A stretch of 64,000 nucleotides of DNA from Eledone cirrhosa (lineage: Eukaryota). Below are positions 25,151-37,966 of this stretch, piece by piece. The notes below the pieces were generated by a model. It did not search any database, had not been told where the DNA came from, and saw only the letters and a list, made by a program, of their open reading frames with translations. The stretch lies in contig OZ024753.1 in NCBI GenBank assembly GCA_964016885.1, forward strand, positions 35,836,001 through 35,900,000. The letters are read 5' to 3'. Positions within the stretch are counted from its first letter, which is position 1. Each line of letters starts with the position of its first letter. The translations under genes were made by a program, and so were the position numbers.

Positions 25151-26372
25151 GTGATTTAGTGTCTTCATCACTGGAAAGACGTATGAGCAGAGTTCTAAAT
25201 AATCTACTCTGTTTTCTTACATTTAATACAACGGAAAAGGCAATATCAAGAGGGAAAACTAAAAAAAAGAAAAGAAAAAGAATATATTTCCCTCGTTTTA
25301 TTTTAACGCGAAAACTTTAATCAATTGCACCGGTTTTTGAACATTCGAAAACCCTAAACTTCCCAAAAGGACGTATCGATGGCCGGAGACGGCTATTATA
25401 GAAATCTGTTTAATTTTTCAACCACCAATTACCTATTTTGGGAAGAAATTTGGTTCCCCAGTTCAAGCAAAAAGAAGTCTGGAGTAGCGGTTGTATTTTG
25501 TGAATAAGAAAGGAAGACGGAGGACGACTATATTGTCGTGGAAGAAGAACCCTAATTTAGTTTTAAGATATCTTCATCTCCACACACACGGAAAAAAAAT
25601 ATATATTAATCACTCATTCGTTCGTTTCACCGGAAAAATATATATCTTCACAAAGGATTTTTAAAAAAAACTGACAATTTAAAAAAAAAAATAATAATAA
25701 TCTCATTATTTACAATTTATTTTTCGATTGTTTCATAATTTATTTTCATTTTTGATTTTCACGATTGATTTCATAAAGATTTTCTGGAGATTAAAAAAAA
25801 GAAGAAAGTATTTACTGGGGAGATCTGAGATCTACATATATAAGATCTATCTCGCTCTTTCTCTCTATATAAAATCTATCTCTCTCTATATATATATATG
25901 CATCATTCGACTTCATGTTTTAGCAGCTTTCTTTCTTGTTTAGTGTAACAAAATAAAAAAAAAACGCCAAAAAAAAAAGAAATAATAAACATAAAACGAA
26001 ACAAAAAAAGAAGAAACTTCAATGTGAGCGAAACGGAACTTGGTGGTGTTAGTAACATGTTTTTGTAAACATAATAGAGACAAAGCTATATATCTAGTTT
26101 TATTGACGATCTACAGTCGATTGAAGCATATAAACAAACATAAGAGTGTATGAAGTAGGTTTTATCAAGCAAACCAATATAACCTCTTTTACATATAAGG
26201 AAGATAACCAAATCTTTTTTCTACTTATTATCATTCTCCTACTATCATCGTTCTCTCACACGCACTTGAGATTATTTTTAATTCCTCCATCTGAAATTTA
26301 CACATTCGAGGTGCTTTTAAAAGCACGGATCTACCCACAGAAGAATTTATTATCTAGTTGAGATATTATAGA

Positions 26373-26399
26373 ATGGCCAATGACGATGTTAAATGGGAG
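26373..26399 (+). CDS. TOP2: TOP2 candidate first coding exon 1b (MANDDVKWE), TOP2B-like
   Basis: ATG GCC AAT GAC GAT GTT AAA TGG GAG|gtaaga. Phase 0, joins 53728 in frame to give KWE-ALFNN (cf. human TOP2B LTWV-TLFDQNN). Confidence 0.7.
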
Positions 26400-26569
26400 G
26401 TAAGAAGCTATTATTTACAAAAAAAAAACCCCAACACAGAAAAAAAAAGAAAAAAATTTTTTTTTATCCATTTCCTACTCATTGTTTGTCAATTCCTTTC
26501 CTTTCTGTTCTGATTTTTTTGTGACAACCCATAATGTAAAACAACCCATGTGATGAGTGTTGGATGCTG

Positions 26570-26645
26570 CGATTGGCTGCTTTCGGCGCGTGACCTCCAC
26601 CTGACGTTTTCATTGGTCAGTAACGGCGCGCTGAATTTAAACCCC
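26570..26645 (+). promoter_or_regulatory. Cell-cycle-type internal promoter (NF-Y x2, E2F-like, MYB, CDE/CHR)
   Basis: ATTGG 26572-76 and 26612-16; TTTCGGCGCG 26581-90; TAACGG 26621-26; GGCGCGC + 4 nt + TTTAAA 26625-41; about 125 nt upstream of the exon 1a ATG. Confidence 0.7.
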
Positions 26646-26766
26646 ACTAATTTCACCGATTGCGCTAGCCCCCCCCCACCTCCTTTCATGTTTATCGTTA
26701 TTCATTTTATTGAAGTAGAAGAAGAAAGTGTAATTCATCGACTTCGAGTTTATTTAAACCCAAACT

Positions 26767-26787
26767 ATGCCTAGTTCTCCGTTAAAG
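26767..26787 (+). CDS. TOP2: TOP2 candidate first coding exon 1a (MPSSPLK), TOP2A-like
   Basis: ATG CCT AGT TCT CCG TTA AAG|gtaaat. Seven codons, phase 0, joins 53728 in frame; resembles human TOP2A MEVSPLQ. Confidence 0.72.
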
Positions 26788-27396
26788 GTAAATCCAGTTA
26801 TAATGTTTGTTTTCAGAATATATATATCTTTTTTTCAGAATATTTTCTTGTTTCTCGTTGAAGATTGCTGGAAAACGGTTGATTTGATCGAAGAGATCAA
26901 AAGCTGAGTTCTGGTTATTCAATTTATATTTACAGTTAATAAAACTGTAGTTTAAAAAAGAGATCGTTATAATAAACGTACAATTCCCTAACAGTGAAAT
27001 AATAAATGGTGTATTGTTCGATTGTGATCGAATTAGGTTTACACTCATTAATAAATGGTTAATTGTACTAAAATTATGCGTGCATGAATATAAATACGAC
27101 CACGAAGAAATTTTGGTCTTTTAAATCTCCTAAAGCAACAATAATATTAAAAAAATGGATGATTAAACATATATTTTAAAAAAGTATACAATGTGTATAT
27201 ATTTAACAAGGATAGTGTTGTTCGATCCACTAGCAGTGACTCCAGATATTTTTTACTTAAGACGATGAAACAACAAATCTGGTATTTAAACCACGAATAA
27301 TCTATATTCGATCATACAGGACTTATCTTTGTTAAATATATTTATTTTGTATTTAAAATAAATTATTAAATATGTATATTTATATTTATAAATATA

Positions 27397-27650
27397 CAGA
27401 CCTGCCAACCTCTAAAAACCCAAACGGAATACCATGAGAAAAAGTGCCCCAAAACGGGGAGATTTTATATAATTGTTTCTACTTTAGGCACAAGGCCAGC
27501 AAATACTCAGTTCATTACTGGTACTTTATTTTATCGACCCCTAAGGATGAAAGGCAAAGTCAACCTCGGCGGGAAAGAGAAAGACAGCTCTCATCCACCC
27601 CAGAATGAATGAGAGATCTCTCTGTCGGATGGGGAGAGTTGACAGGTCTG
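27397..27650. mobile_element. hAT-like MITE containing a SINE B fragment
   Basis: TIRs CAGACCTGCCAAC / GTTGACAGGTCTG; TSD not preserved. Confidence 0.6.
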
Positions 27651-28462
27651 CACATTCTGGTTTCTGCTCTACCTCCATAATTTGAAAGTTTGCCCATTTT
27701 CCAATGTCTTATATGAAAGACTAGTGTGTGATTTAACGGATCGAGCGATTTTGTAGAGAATCCCTCGTGGATTTCTTGCTATAGTTATTTATAGTTTATC
27801 CGAGCTAATGTTTCTTTTAAAATAAATTGATTGATTTTAATGATAATCTATTTTTATTTTTCGCAGAATATAAAGCAACGAAGGATATATATTCATGTCC
27901 TTTAATTATTTCGTTTTTATTTTTAACAAACAAAGTGGAAAATGAAAGCAACTGAAATTACGAACTTTTTATTATGTTCACTTCAAAATTTAATATCACG
28001 AGAATAAAAAAGAATGTTGCTTCAAATCTTATTTAAACGTTAGAATTATATAATGTATACTATAGTATATCAGGAGTCGAGAAGTTTGAGAAAGAGATGG
28101 AGGGTAGTGGCGAAAGAAGGTTGGATTGTGTGTGTATGTATATATATATAGTGTGTATGTATCTATATATATATAGTGTGTATGTATCTATATATAGTGT
28201 GTGTGTGTATCTGTATATATATAGTGTGTTTGTATCTGTATATATAGTGTGTGTGTGTATCTGTATACATAGCTGTCAGCGTTTCTTCATCATGGAAGGT
28301 GTTTCCAAGGTTTCTTCATCCATGTTGTTTCCGTTTCCTATATATATATATATATGGATGGGGATGTTTGAAATAAAATAGTCCTTCTGATTCACTAGAT
28401 TCAATTGATTGCTTATATATATATATTATATACACTTCAGGATTAGGATTTCCTTGTCGGCT

Positions 28463-28511
<49 letters not shown>

Positions 28512-28687
28512 ATATATATGAGCGGAACATGGAGGGGGAAATGAATCTGGTGCATCGCGATATTTTCATTTTCTTATTTCGAGATCTATTGCAGATTATA
28601 CACACGCACTCAGATATATACAAACATATACATACAGGTACGCCGATCACCATTATCACGGCCACAATATATAAATAGAGATAAAGG

Positions 28688-28760
28688 GGCTAAAATCCCG
28701 ACAGCGGCGCCAATCAGTTTCGGCTTGTGTGTTCAGCAAGCCTTTTCCGAGAGTGTAGCC
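28688..28760 (-). ncRNA. Degenerate hammerhead ribozyme
   Basis: Minus strand ggctacactct-CGGAAAA-ggcttg...caagcc-GAAAC...GTC-gggattttagcc; two core mutations. Confidence 0.45.
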
Positions 28761-29186
28761 ATATATATTTATATATGTACATGTGTATATATATACACAC
28801 ACACACATGTACACAGACCACTACTATCACTACCACGATTATATATGCCTGGACAATGTGAGTCTACATTATTCTGTGTGATTTAAAAAAAGAGAAGACA
28901 TATCTGAATGAGGGCGTGGGGAAGAATCCGGACGAGACTCCTTCAGTTACAATACAAAAGAAGAAAAGCCTTTTGTTAAAACATTTATTTTCCTCAGAAC
29001 ATCTTTCGAGCAAAAATGTGATGTGTATTCAATAAAAGCATTAGCATAGCACTCTATTACTGTCTATAATTGTATCTTTGGTTTATCTAAATGTTCAGAT
29101 AATCGTTAGACAATGTTTGTTTTAAGATAAAACAAATTTTAATGTTTTCTTTAATTAGGGCACCTCTGTCCCACAGTGATTTGAGG

Positions 29187-29545
29187 GAATTTAGCTGCAA
29201 TTTGTAGCAGGTCGATTGATCACATAAAGGGGCCCCTTGTAAATGAGTGAATTTAGCTGCTATTTTAAGCAAGTCGATTGATCACCTAAAGACCCCCTTG
29301 TACATGAGTGAATTTAGCTGCTCTTTTAAGCAGATCGATTGATCACTTAAAGACCCCCTTGTAAATGAGTGAATTTAGCTGCTACTTTTAGCAGGTCGAT
29401 TGATCACATAAAGGCCCCCTTGTAAATGAGTGAATTTAGCTGCTACTTTTAGCAGGTCGATTGATCACATAAAGGCCCCCTTGTAAATGAGTGAATTTAG
29501 CTGTTATTTTAGGGAGGTCGAGCGATCGCATTAAAGCCCCTCCCC
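29187..29545. repeat. 61-bp minisatellite, ~6 copies
   Basis: Unit gaatttagctgctacttttagcaggtcgattgatcacataaaggcccccttgtaaatgagt. Confidence 0.95.
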
Positions 29546-30363
29546 CCTCATAAATGGAAGCCGAAAGGTTTTTTTTTAAAGAAAATTGGCTGTGAGATGT
29601 GTGAAGATAATGGCGGTGTCCCATCTAGCATGGCCACATCCCTTTGGCTAGAACAGGTAAAAGAGTATGATGATCCGAAAAATGGTTTCGTAGAACAGGA
29701 TAACTGCAGGCATGTGGATACATTGTATCTGTGTGTGTGTGTATATATATATATATATAAACATCTATATATGTCTGTGTGTGTATAATACACGCATGCA
29801 TAGTGTAATTTTCAATCTTATGTTGGTAAGCTTTTAAAATACAGAATAATTTACCGACATAAAATGAAAGATTGTCTAATGTTTCTATCACTTCCTGTAA
29901 ATAAGACGAAAAACAAATTTCATGGCAAAGCAATTAGGAAATAAAACTGAGTGTAGGTTCATAATCTATCATCGACATATATATATATATCTGTGTATAT
30001 AATTGTTTATTTTATATCTGCATTCATAATTTTTCTCTAATCTCTCCATAGTTTGAAATCTCTAACTGTTTCGGGGGTTGCTTAATCAAATGACCTACTT
30101 GTCTTTGAAGAGGCGCGAATTTTAAATCTCAACGCACGTTTAAATTATTCTTTGAAAATAAATCACCTGCATTAAACGTTGTCCGAGAATTTATAATCTT
30201 TTTGTGTGTTTGACTAGTAACAAGTTGTTTGGCATATCTCTTGGAGACGCAAAGAAAGAATAAATGGTTTTAGGTATAATGGAAACGAAACGCGAACTAT
30301 TTTGTTCTGATGGTGTATATCGAAAAATTTATTTGTTTTCATTCGTCATGGGTTTTTTGAACG

Positions 30364-30412
<49 letters not shown>

Positions 30413-33400
30413 GGAATACTGTTGGCTTTTTGCTACAATGTTTTCTATACCTTTCATTTATATATATATATATATATATCGGATTTTATGCAGGAATTAC
30501 AAACATAGCTTATTATATGCAAGAAAATGCTTGAGTAAAATTATACTATATTAGATCGTATTTTCTTATGCATCCATCGACATTCTGCCAATATTTCTTA
30601 GCATATTCTTTGTACAATCCGTTTATTTATAATGTAATAAAAGCGAGGACGTTAAATGATGAGTCCTGTTATAATTTCGTGTTTGGTTAGGTCAGACTGT
30701 TTATTTACTACAATCAAAGCAACAAATGACATAAAATCTCAACTATTTCAGTGTAATTATTCTATACTGCGTATAATGATTTCTAATATAGGCATAATGC
30801 CAGACAATTACAATTGTGGTGGTGGTGGTGCGGGGCTATGGTCAATTAAATCGAACTTTATCGGAATTTTATTATTTATTTATTGGTTAGCGAATGTATG
30901 GCAGAATGAGTTGAGTGCCTGGCAGAAATACTCCCTGATCTTTTGGTTATGTCCCTTTATGTCCTTAATTTGAACCCCACTTAAGTCTCCACTTGCCTTC
31001 CCTACTTCCGATAATGGAGTCGACATTTGGTAGTACCTTAGTAAAATAGTAAGGGGTTGATCGATGTTTTTGCTAGGAAGGTGTGTTCTAGCTTCTAAAT
31101 ATTGAGAGTTTTAAGAAAGTATCTTGTCTGACAAATAAAAATAATGACACTTCTGTTATATTAAAAATCGTGGTGTGAATTAAAGATGGATTTAGTAATA
31201 GAATCTGAATCAAGTTAATATTTCTCTTGATTAACAGCATCGTTAGAACGTGGGATAGAATAATACCTTGTAATATTTATTTAGAGTTATTTACATTCAT
31301 CAACATCATTTTACGTTCTGCCTGTCATGCTGTGTTGGCCGTGTTGTCATTCCGAGACGAAATGGGACGGAGAGACCTCATCTTGCTTATACATAAGATG
31401 TGTTCAAATTCAGCCGAGATAAAAGATTTATTAACAACTTTTTGCACTCATGATTGAATTGTTTTCAACGACGAAATCGTATTAGATTTTGTAACTGCTA
31501 TGTAGATGGTAGGAGAGTGTTTACAAATTTAATTACGTAGATATGAGAATGAGATGGGAAGTGTTGAAGGAACTGCTATCTTTGCTGGCAACCGAGTAAA
31601 GAACAGGTTGTATAATGATTGTGAAGGAAGTTTTAATGTGAATTATTTATAAGCCATCTCTAACCTCCTCCCTTTCATAATAATTGTTTCTACTTTTGGC
31701 ACAAGGCCAGCAATTACCCCAGTGTATTACTGGTACTTTATTTTATCGACCCCGTAAGGATAAAAGGCAAAGCTAACAACGGCGGGATTTGAACTCGGAT
31801 CATAATAATATTTTAAAAAAATAGGATCAGTGACAATGTATTAGTGGAGGTGGCGTTTTGTCTTCACATTTTAACAGAAATTCTATTTAAATTTCACCTG
31901 ATGTTGAATTAGGTTAAGATTTCATTTTCCAATCACCTTTCATAAATCGATATTAGGTGTCAATTGGAGCTGATCAAGTTTTCAGTGATCGCCGTTTTTT
32001 TCTGTCGAACTTTTTAGCTTAGAAGATTTGAAATGAAGATAGGGATCATTTTAATTTTTAGATTTTTTAAAATTTGCTATGGTTTGAAACATGATTTTTA
32101 ATGTTTGTTTTTCAATTAGTTCAATTGTTTTAAAATATTGATTTCTGATATATTCTATAAGATTTTTCTGGTTATTTGCATTGTAAACAGCTCATTCTAA
32201 GATAGTAAAGTATAGTTTAATAAATATTTTCTTACTTTTTCAGTAATACAAATCAGTGAAGAAAATGAAAGGGAATTAACTCTGTAGAACCAAACATAAC
32301 AATTCCAACTTTATTGGCAGTTTAATTAAGTTGTTTTACATTAAAGAGTAAAATTAATTGTATCTCATTTGGGATTTCATGGAATTGTATTCAGGCTGAT
32401 TTTTAGAATTTCAGTGTTTGTTTGGTAGTTATATAATATATTTATTTAATAATGCTGTTAACTCTTAGTTATAACAATGTATGTATGGTCCTGTAATTCC
32501 TGATGGAGTTTCTTCAACATTTTTGAACCTGATCACAGCCAATTTCTTCCAGAGAAAGAAAGAGCTATTAAAGGAAAAATTGACCCCAGCATGGTGGGGT
32601 TTGAACTCTGAGCAGGATCTAAAACAATTACTCTAAAGTATTCTATCCAATGTTTTAACAACTCTGCCAATTCGATGCCTGACGGTAGCCATTCTCAATA
32701 ATTTTGGTTTTATAACTCTCAATGTGCCTCATATTTTAGCCATCAATAGGCCCTATCTAGCTATGCTGTTATTGGAACAATGTCCGCTATATTAAGCAGA
32801 TTTTATATCTATCAGGCCAACCTCATTTAACAGGGAAAATAGCACCCGGTACACCTTGTAAGGCGGTGAGTTATAGGAAGAGCACCCGGCTGTAGAAACC
32901 ATGTCAAAGAGGGTTGAGAGGACATAGTTATGCCAGAGACATTACAGCCTCTCCATTGTTGGTGATCTACATGATAAATGCACCCTGTACACTGTAAATT
33001 GGTTGAAAGGGCAACCAGCCATAGAATATTTTCCAAACAAAGAGTCTGGAGGGCTCTTCAGCAGTCTCATACACAAATTAACCTCCCTAGTATTGGTGAT
33101 TTGCACTGTAAATGATCACCCAGTACACCTCAGTAAAGTGGTTGGTGATAGGAAAGTGCATTCACCCATAGAAAACCTGCCAAACAATGGGTCAAGAAGA
33201 CTCTTCAGTTATTCCAAGAATATGACATCTTCCTTAGTGTTGGTACTATGATAAAATCCACATGGTCTGTGATATGTCCAACCCTTGCTAGTAGAGAAAA
33301 CAGTTCTTAAACAATGATGATATATATATTTTTTCTTTTGAGTTAAGGTGTTTCTACCTGAGTTTGCAGGTGTGTCATGTTGTGGGTGCAGAACAAATCT

Positions 33401-33959
33401 GTGACACTGTCAGTCCACCACTGGTGTGGTTTTCCCCTGGCTTTGAAGACTGAAGGCTTGGTATTATAGGTAGGCCATTCATATCAGGTGACTAGACTAT
33501 TCTACATGTGGTTAAGATATGGACTAATCAATAGATATAGCACCAACCTAATATCTTTGTTTCTGACCATTCCATGGCTTTGTTAAATCTAGCTTGAGTT
33601 GGATGGGACTTGTTTTTGAGCCAGCATTCTGTGGTCAGATCTCCTTCCTGATATCACCCCTTCTATATTTGGTGAAAAAACTGCTGAATTGTGGGACATA
33701 AACATAAACGAACTGCAGTCTGATGTGCCAAATTGCAAAGCAAAATAGAAATTAGAATGCTTAGGCATACATATGCACACACTTTTCTAACCTGGTTCAT
33801 CAACTCAATCCCTGTTTAATGCATTACCTTTTCCCCAAGGCTGTTGATGATGATGATGTTATGCCAATCATTGTGTATGAAGTCATAACTATTATACTGT
33901 ATGTTCATTTAGTGCGTGACCCACCATACCAGATACTTTTAGCATTTCTGCGACAGTTG

Positions 33960-34340
33960 CTGATGACCCAGCTGCATTGCCTGTCTTCATATCTTTGTTT
34001 TATTTACTATACTGCTTCTAACTAAATGGTTAGTTCATCTGTTGGCTCCACTTGGGATAGACCTTCCTTCTCTCATGCAATCTTCCTCATTCAACAGTCT
34101 CTCATGGTGGCATCTTTAGCATTTAAACCGAATATGGCCAGTTTGCTAAAGGGTTAATTCTCATCCCCTCTACTGTTCCACTTTACATCAGTCACAGTTT
34201 TTGTATGTAACCATCAGCAGGTTGTCTTGGAGGAACCCTCTATGTCGTATAACATTGACCCCTTTTGTAGCATCAAATGGCATCTCTTAATTTATCGTCA
34301 GCTGAGGGTTCTCTCAGCTTCCATGTCCTCTTCCTCTTCC
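33960..34340 (-). mobile_element. Old RTE fragment interrupted by a tiny piggyBac-MITE remnant (34114-34156)
   Basis: Minus strand resembles 12925-13005 (ccaccatgagagactgttgaatg...) and 12528-12560. Confidence 0.55.
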
Positions 34341-35244
34341 AAATTGCTGTCTGTCTCTAACTCTGAAGTCACTAACTACTAAATTATGTTGGATGGTACA
34401 CACCAGGGAAGGACTCTGTAATTGCAACCAATTAATTAATCTTGGTTCCTAGTAGCAAAAAAATTTTTATGGCTTGTGTACTCAATTTACCTGTATGTGA
34501 TCAAATGACTGGCTGGTTATTTTAAAGTTAGTGTTGTAGATAGTTGTACCTTTGGACATGTCTATTAAAATTATCAGTCATAATAAATGAAGTCTCATAA
34601 AAGTGTATATACACACATACACGGTCTGCTTCTGTACATTTCCTGTATTTAATTCACCCATAAGGCATAAGTTGGCACCAATATTCAGTAGAAGTAATCT
34701 CCAAAAGCACATGTTTGCAAAGTGAATTTCTTAACCACATAGCCATGGCTTCTGTCATATTTAGAAATATGGATAGATGTTTGTATCGATCAGTAACTCC
34801 TGGTGGAGTTGTCGGGGCGCATTTTAAAACTGCCAAAAACCATCTCTTTTCAAGGTCCGGACACAGACAATTCCTTTCAGAAAAGGTAAGAGCTATAGAG
34901 TAAGAACTAAACTCCTACTTTATTTTATCAACCTCAAAACAATGAAAAGCAAAATTGACCTCAGTGGGATTTGAACTCACAAAGCATTCTATCTAGCTAT
35001 GCTGTAGCTTAGGATCACACGCTTTTTTTTGAAGGGGGGCGCCAGGGACAAGGGCGTCGATGTCGCTTTTCTGCGGCTTTCGTCGTGCTTCGCCGCTGAT
35101 CCGCACGGTTCCTCCGAGGGTGCTCTTTACCGGGTGTCCGAGGCGGCTGGTACGTTCTCTGTGAAATATATTTTTATTTTTTCATTAGTTTTTATTCTTT
35201 ATTCTTAACGTGAATTTAAAAAATAATAATCATGTATAATTATT

Positions 35245-35795
35245 TTAACCCTTTAGCATTAACATTACTCTATATATGGAGGCACATGGCTTAGTGGTTA
35301 GAGCATTGGCCTTGCAATCGAAAGGTTGTGAGTTCAATTCTCAGACCGGGTGATGTGTTGTTTCCTTGAGCAAGATACTTTATTTCACATTACTCCAGTT
35401 TACTCAGCTGTAGAAATGAGATGATAGAGACTGGGGTCCCTATCATTCCACTGTAAGGTGGTCGTGGAGGTGCCACGGCAAAAAAGCACCCAGCACTCAC
35501 TGTAAATGAGGTTGGTTAGGGAGGGCATCCAGCTGTAGAAATCAAGCCAGAATCAGTTCCCGTCCCACCCTTGCAAGCAGGGAAAAAGCGGACGTAAAAT
35601 GAAATGATGAATGATGATACAATTGTATTTTCATGGTAAAGGCACACATAATATCAAATCTATGAGATTTTGATATTATTTATTTTGAGAACAATACCCT
35701 AACATCACTATGAGTGGACAGTTACAGCTGGTTTGAAGAGAAAGAGGTGAGAAACTTCTGGCCAGAAATAGCTGGTTTAAATGCTAAAGGGTTAA
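35245..35795. mobile_element. piggyBac-type MITE containing SINE A
   Basis: TTAACCCTTTAGCATT...AATGCTAAAGGGTTAA. Confidence 0.85.
35278..35618 (+). mobile_element. SINE family A nested in a piggyBac MITE
   Basis: Near-identical to 467-812; splits the MITE at 35245-35795. Confidence 0.9.
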
Positions 35796-36655
35796 ATCTT
35801 TTTAGAGACGGGCTTCAAATTTCATATAGCATAGGGCCTCGGTAGGTAAAAATCCAGTCCTGCTATCTAGTGTTCTAATGGTACTGCCAAGTCTCCATCT
35901 CTATGGCTATATACTGGATACAGCTGGTTTAATTACTAAAGGTTTACATTTTTTGAGAGAAGGGCCTCAAATTTCATATAGCTTGGGGCCTTAGCGGGTG
36001 AAAGTCCAGCCCTTCTATCTAGTGTTCTAATGGTACTGCCACCTCTATGGCTAGATACAGAAAACATGTTTTAACTAGTGTTTATTTAATGTTTAATGTT
36101 ATTGGTTTGATATTTGCTGATTATTCCATGACGGTATTTTTAGAAAAGCTGAAATCTTGTCTCTAATCAAAAGTTTAAACTATTTCTGACGATGGGTGAA
36201 GTTTAAGCTCAGCAATAGAACAAAATTGAATCTGTACTGGTGGCACCATTGTCTGTCTTGTGTACGATTGTTGAAACATATCTTTCCGTATGTAGCAACT
36301 TACTTTCTAAAGCACTTCAGCTTATATCTATAAATATCTTATCTCTTAAATATATTAAGTTCTTGTAGAATAATGCTAATATCATTCAAGTTGTTCTTTC
36401 TCTCTTGTAAATCCAGTGTATTTTCTTTTTTGAGGTTAATAGAGTTTGTTTTTCATCTTCCTCATAATATTCTTCATCATCATCATTGATGTTTTTACAT
36501 TTGTTTTTTCCATGTAGGTATGGGCTGGATAAGATTTTTTTGAGGCAGGTCTTGGATGGATTGGATGCAACTGGACTATAGCTTTAAGATAGATAAATAT
36601 TGATAACTTTTGTCAGACTGAAACTACAGGACAAATAAATGTCACTGCTTGAGCT

Positions 36656-36812
36656 TTAACCCATGTATTACCATATTTCTAATGACAGACACTGTATTTG
36701 AGGTAGTTATTTGAGAAATTTAACCCCTTTTGTTACCATATTTCTAAAGACATACACTGTATCTTAGGTAGTTATTGGAAGAATTTAACCCCTTGTGCTA
36801 CCATATTTCTCA
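36656..36812. mobile_element. Three tandem left ends of a second TTAACCC MITE family
   Basis: ttaaccc...taccatatttctaa...gacactg repeated every ~64 bp; related ends near 43185, 44935-45000, 45258-45482, 45520, 50700, 52366 and 60430-60510. Confidence 0.55.
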
Positions 36813-37022
36813 TTAACCCTTTAGCATTTAAACCGGCTGTATTCGGAATTCTCACCTCTTTCTGTTTAAACCGGCTGTAACCGGCCACTCATACTAATGT
36901 TAAGGTATTGTTTTCAAAATGAATAACATCAAAATCTCATAGATTCGATATTATGTGAGATAAAGCCTTTACCGTGAAATTATAATTGGAAATATAGAGT
37001 AATGTAAATGCTAAAGGGTTAA
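36813..37022. mobile_element. piggyBac-type MITE
   Basis: Perfect TIRs TTAACCCTTTAGCATTTA/TAAATGCTAAAGGGTTAA. Further copies at 43804-44016, 54100-54305 and 56200-56377. Confidence 0.88.
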
Positions 37023-37862
37023 ATCACTCTTGCTCAAGAACACAACATGCTACTTGATTTGGTAATTGAATCCATCACCGTATGATCTGCACTCAAACAC
37101 TCTAACCACTAGGCCACATGCCTTCATTTTGTGTCACACAAGATTAAACAGTACTCTCTACTATTTGTTCTCTTTGTTTTCTTGTTCTATTAACCAATAG
37201 AGGAAGCAATGAGAGAGATGAACCATGATGACTGCATGAATAAAGCAAGAGTATGATGGGAGAAACAGTGAGATGGGGGGGGGGGGGGGCAGTAATAGCG
37301 GGAATAATGGAGAAAAGGACAGAACGCTCTGACATGAAATGAAAACATGTAGCTGCTTGTTTCTACAAGTGTGTATATTTGCTTAAGATGGAGGTTGATG
37401 GTTTGCTTAGTTTAGTTAGATAACACCATGATCATTGTTGCCATTTTATGTCCACTTTTTCATGCTGGCATGGGTTGAATGGGATGTTTTGAGAATGTTT
37501 TACAGCTAGAGTCACCTCTTACGACATGCAATGATATGGCTGGCATATCTATTCTAAAAACTGGGATACATGCTGCATATATATATATATATACTGTAAA
37601 GTGGACGTGTGGACGCCATGGAAAAAAAGCACCCAGCACTCACTGTAAATGAGGTTGGTGTTAGGAAGGGCATGCAGCTGTAGAAATCTAGCCAGAATCA
37701 GTTCCCGTATGAGCAAGACAAGGTCAGCCGGCCGGACACTGTCCACAACAGGACAGCCCGTCTAACCCATGCTAGCGTGGAAGAACGGATGTAAAACGAT
37801 GATGATGATATATATATATATATGAGCAAGGAAGTTTCGTTTACATGTATATGATATTTATT

Positions 37863-37966
37863 GTGTATCAACGTTACACGTGTTTCGCAGAGGATAGGCT
37901 CAAGGTCACCCATAGGAGTTATGGACCTGACACCGCTATAGATCTGCTCTTCAAATGGGTGTATAT
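37863..37966 (-). ncRNA. Degenerate hammerhead ribozyme
   Basis: Minus strand TTGAAGA-gcaga...tctgc-GAAAC-ACGT-GTA; C3 mutated and stem I decayed. Confidence 0.55.

Noticed and set aside
36180-36235. CTGACGA-stem-GCAA hammerhead-like motif (similar weak case at 28275-28335, minus strand)
   Set aside because: Core is broken and stems I and III cannot be formed convincingly.
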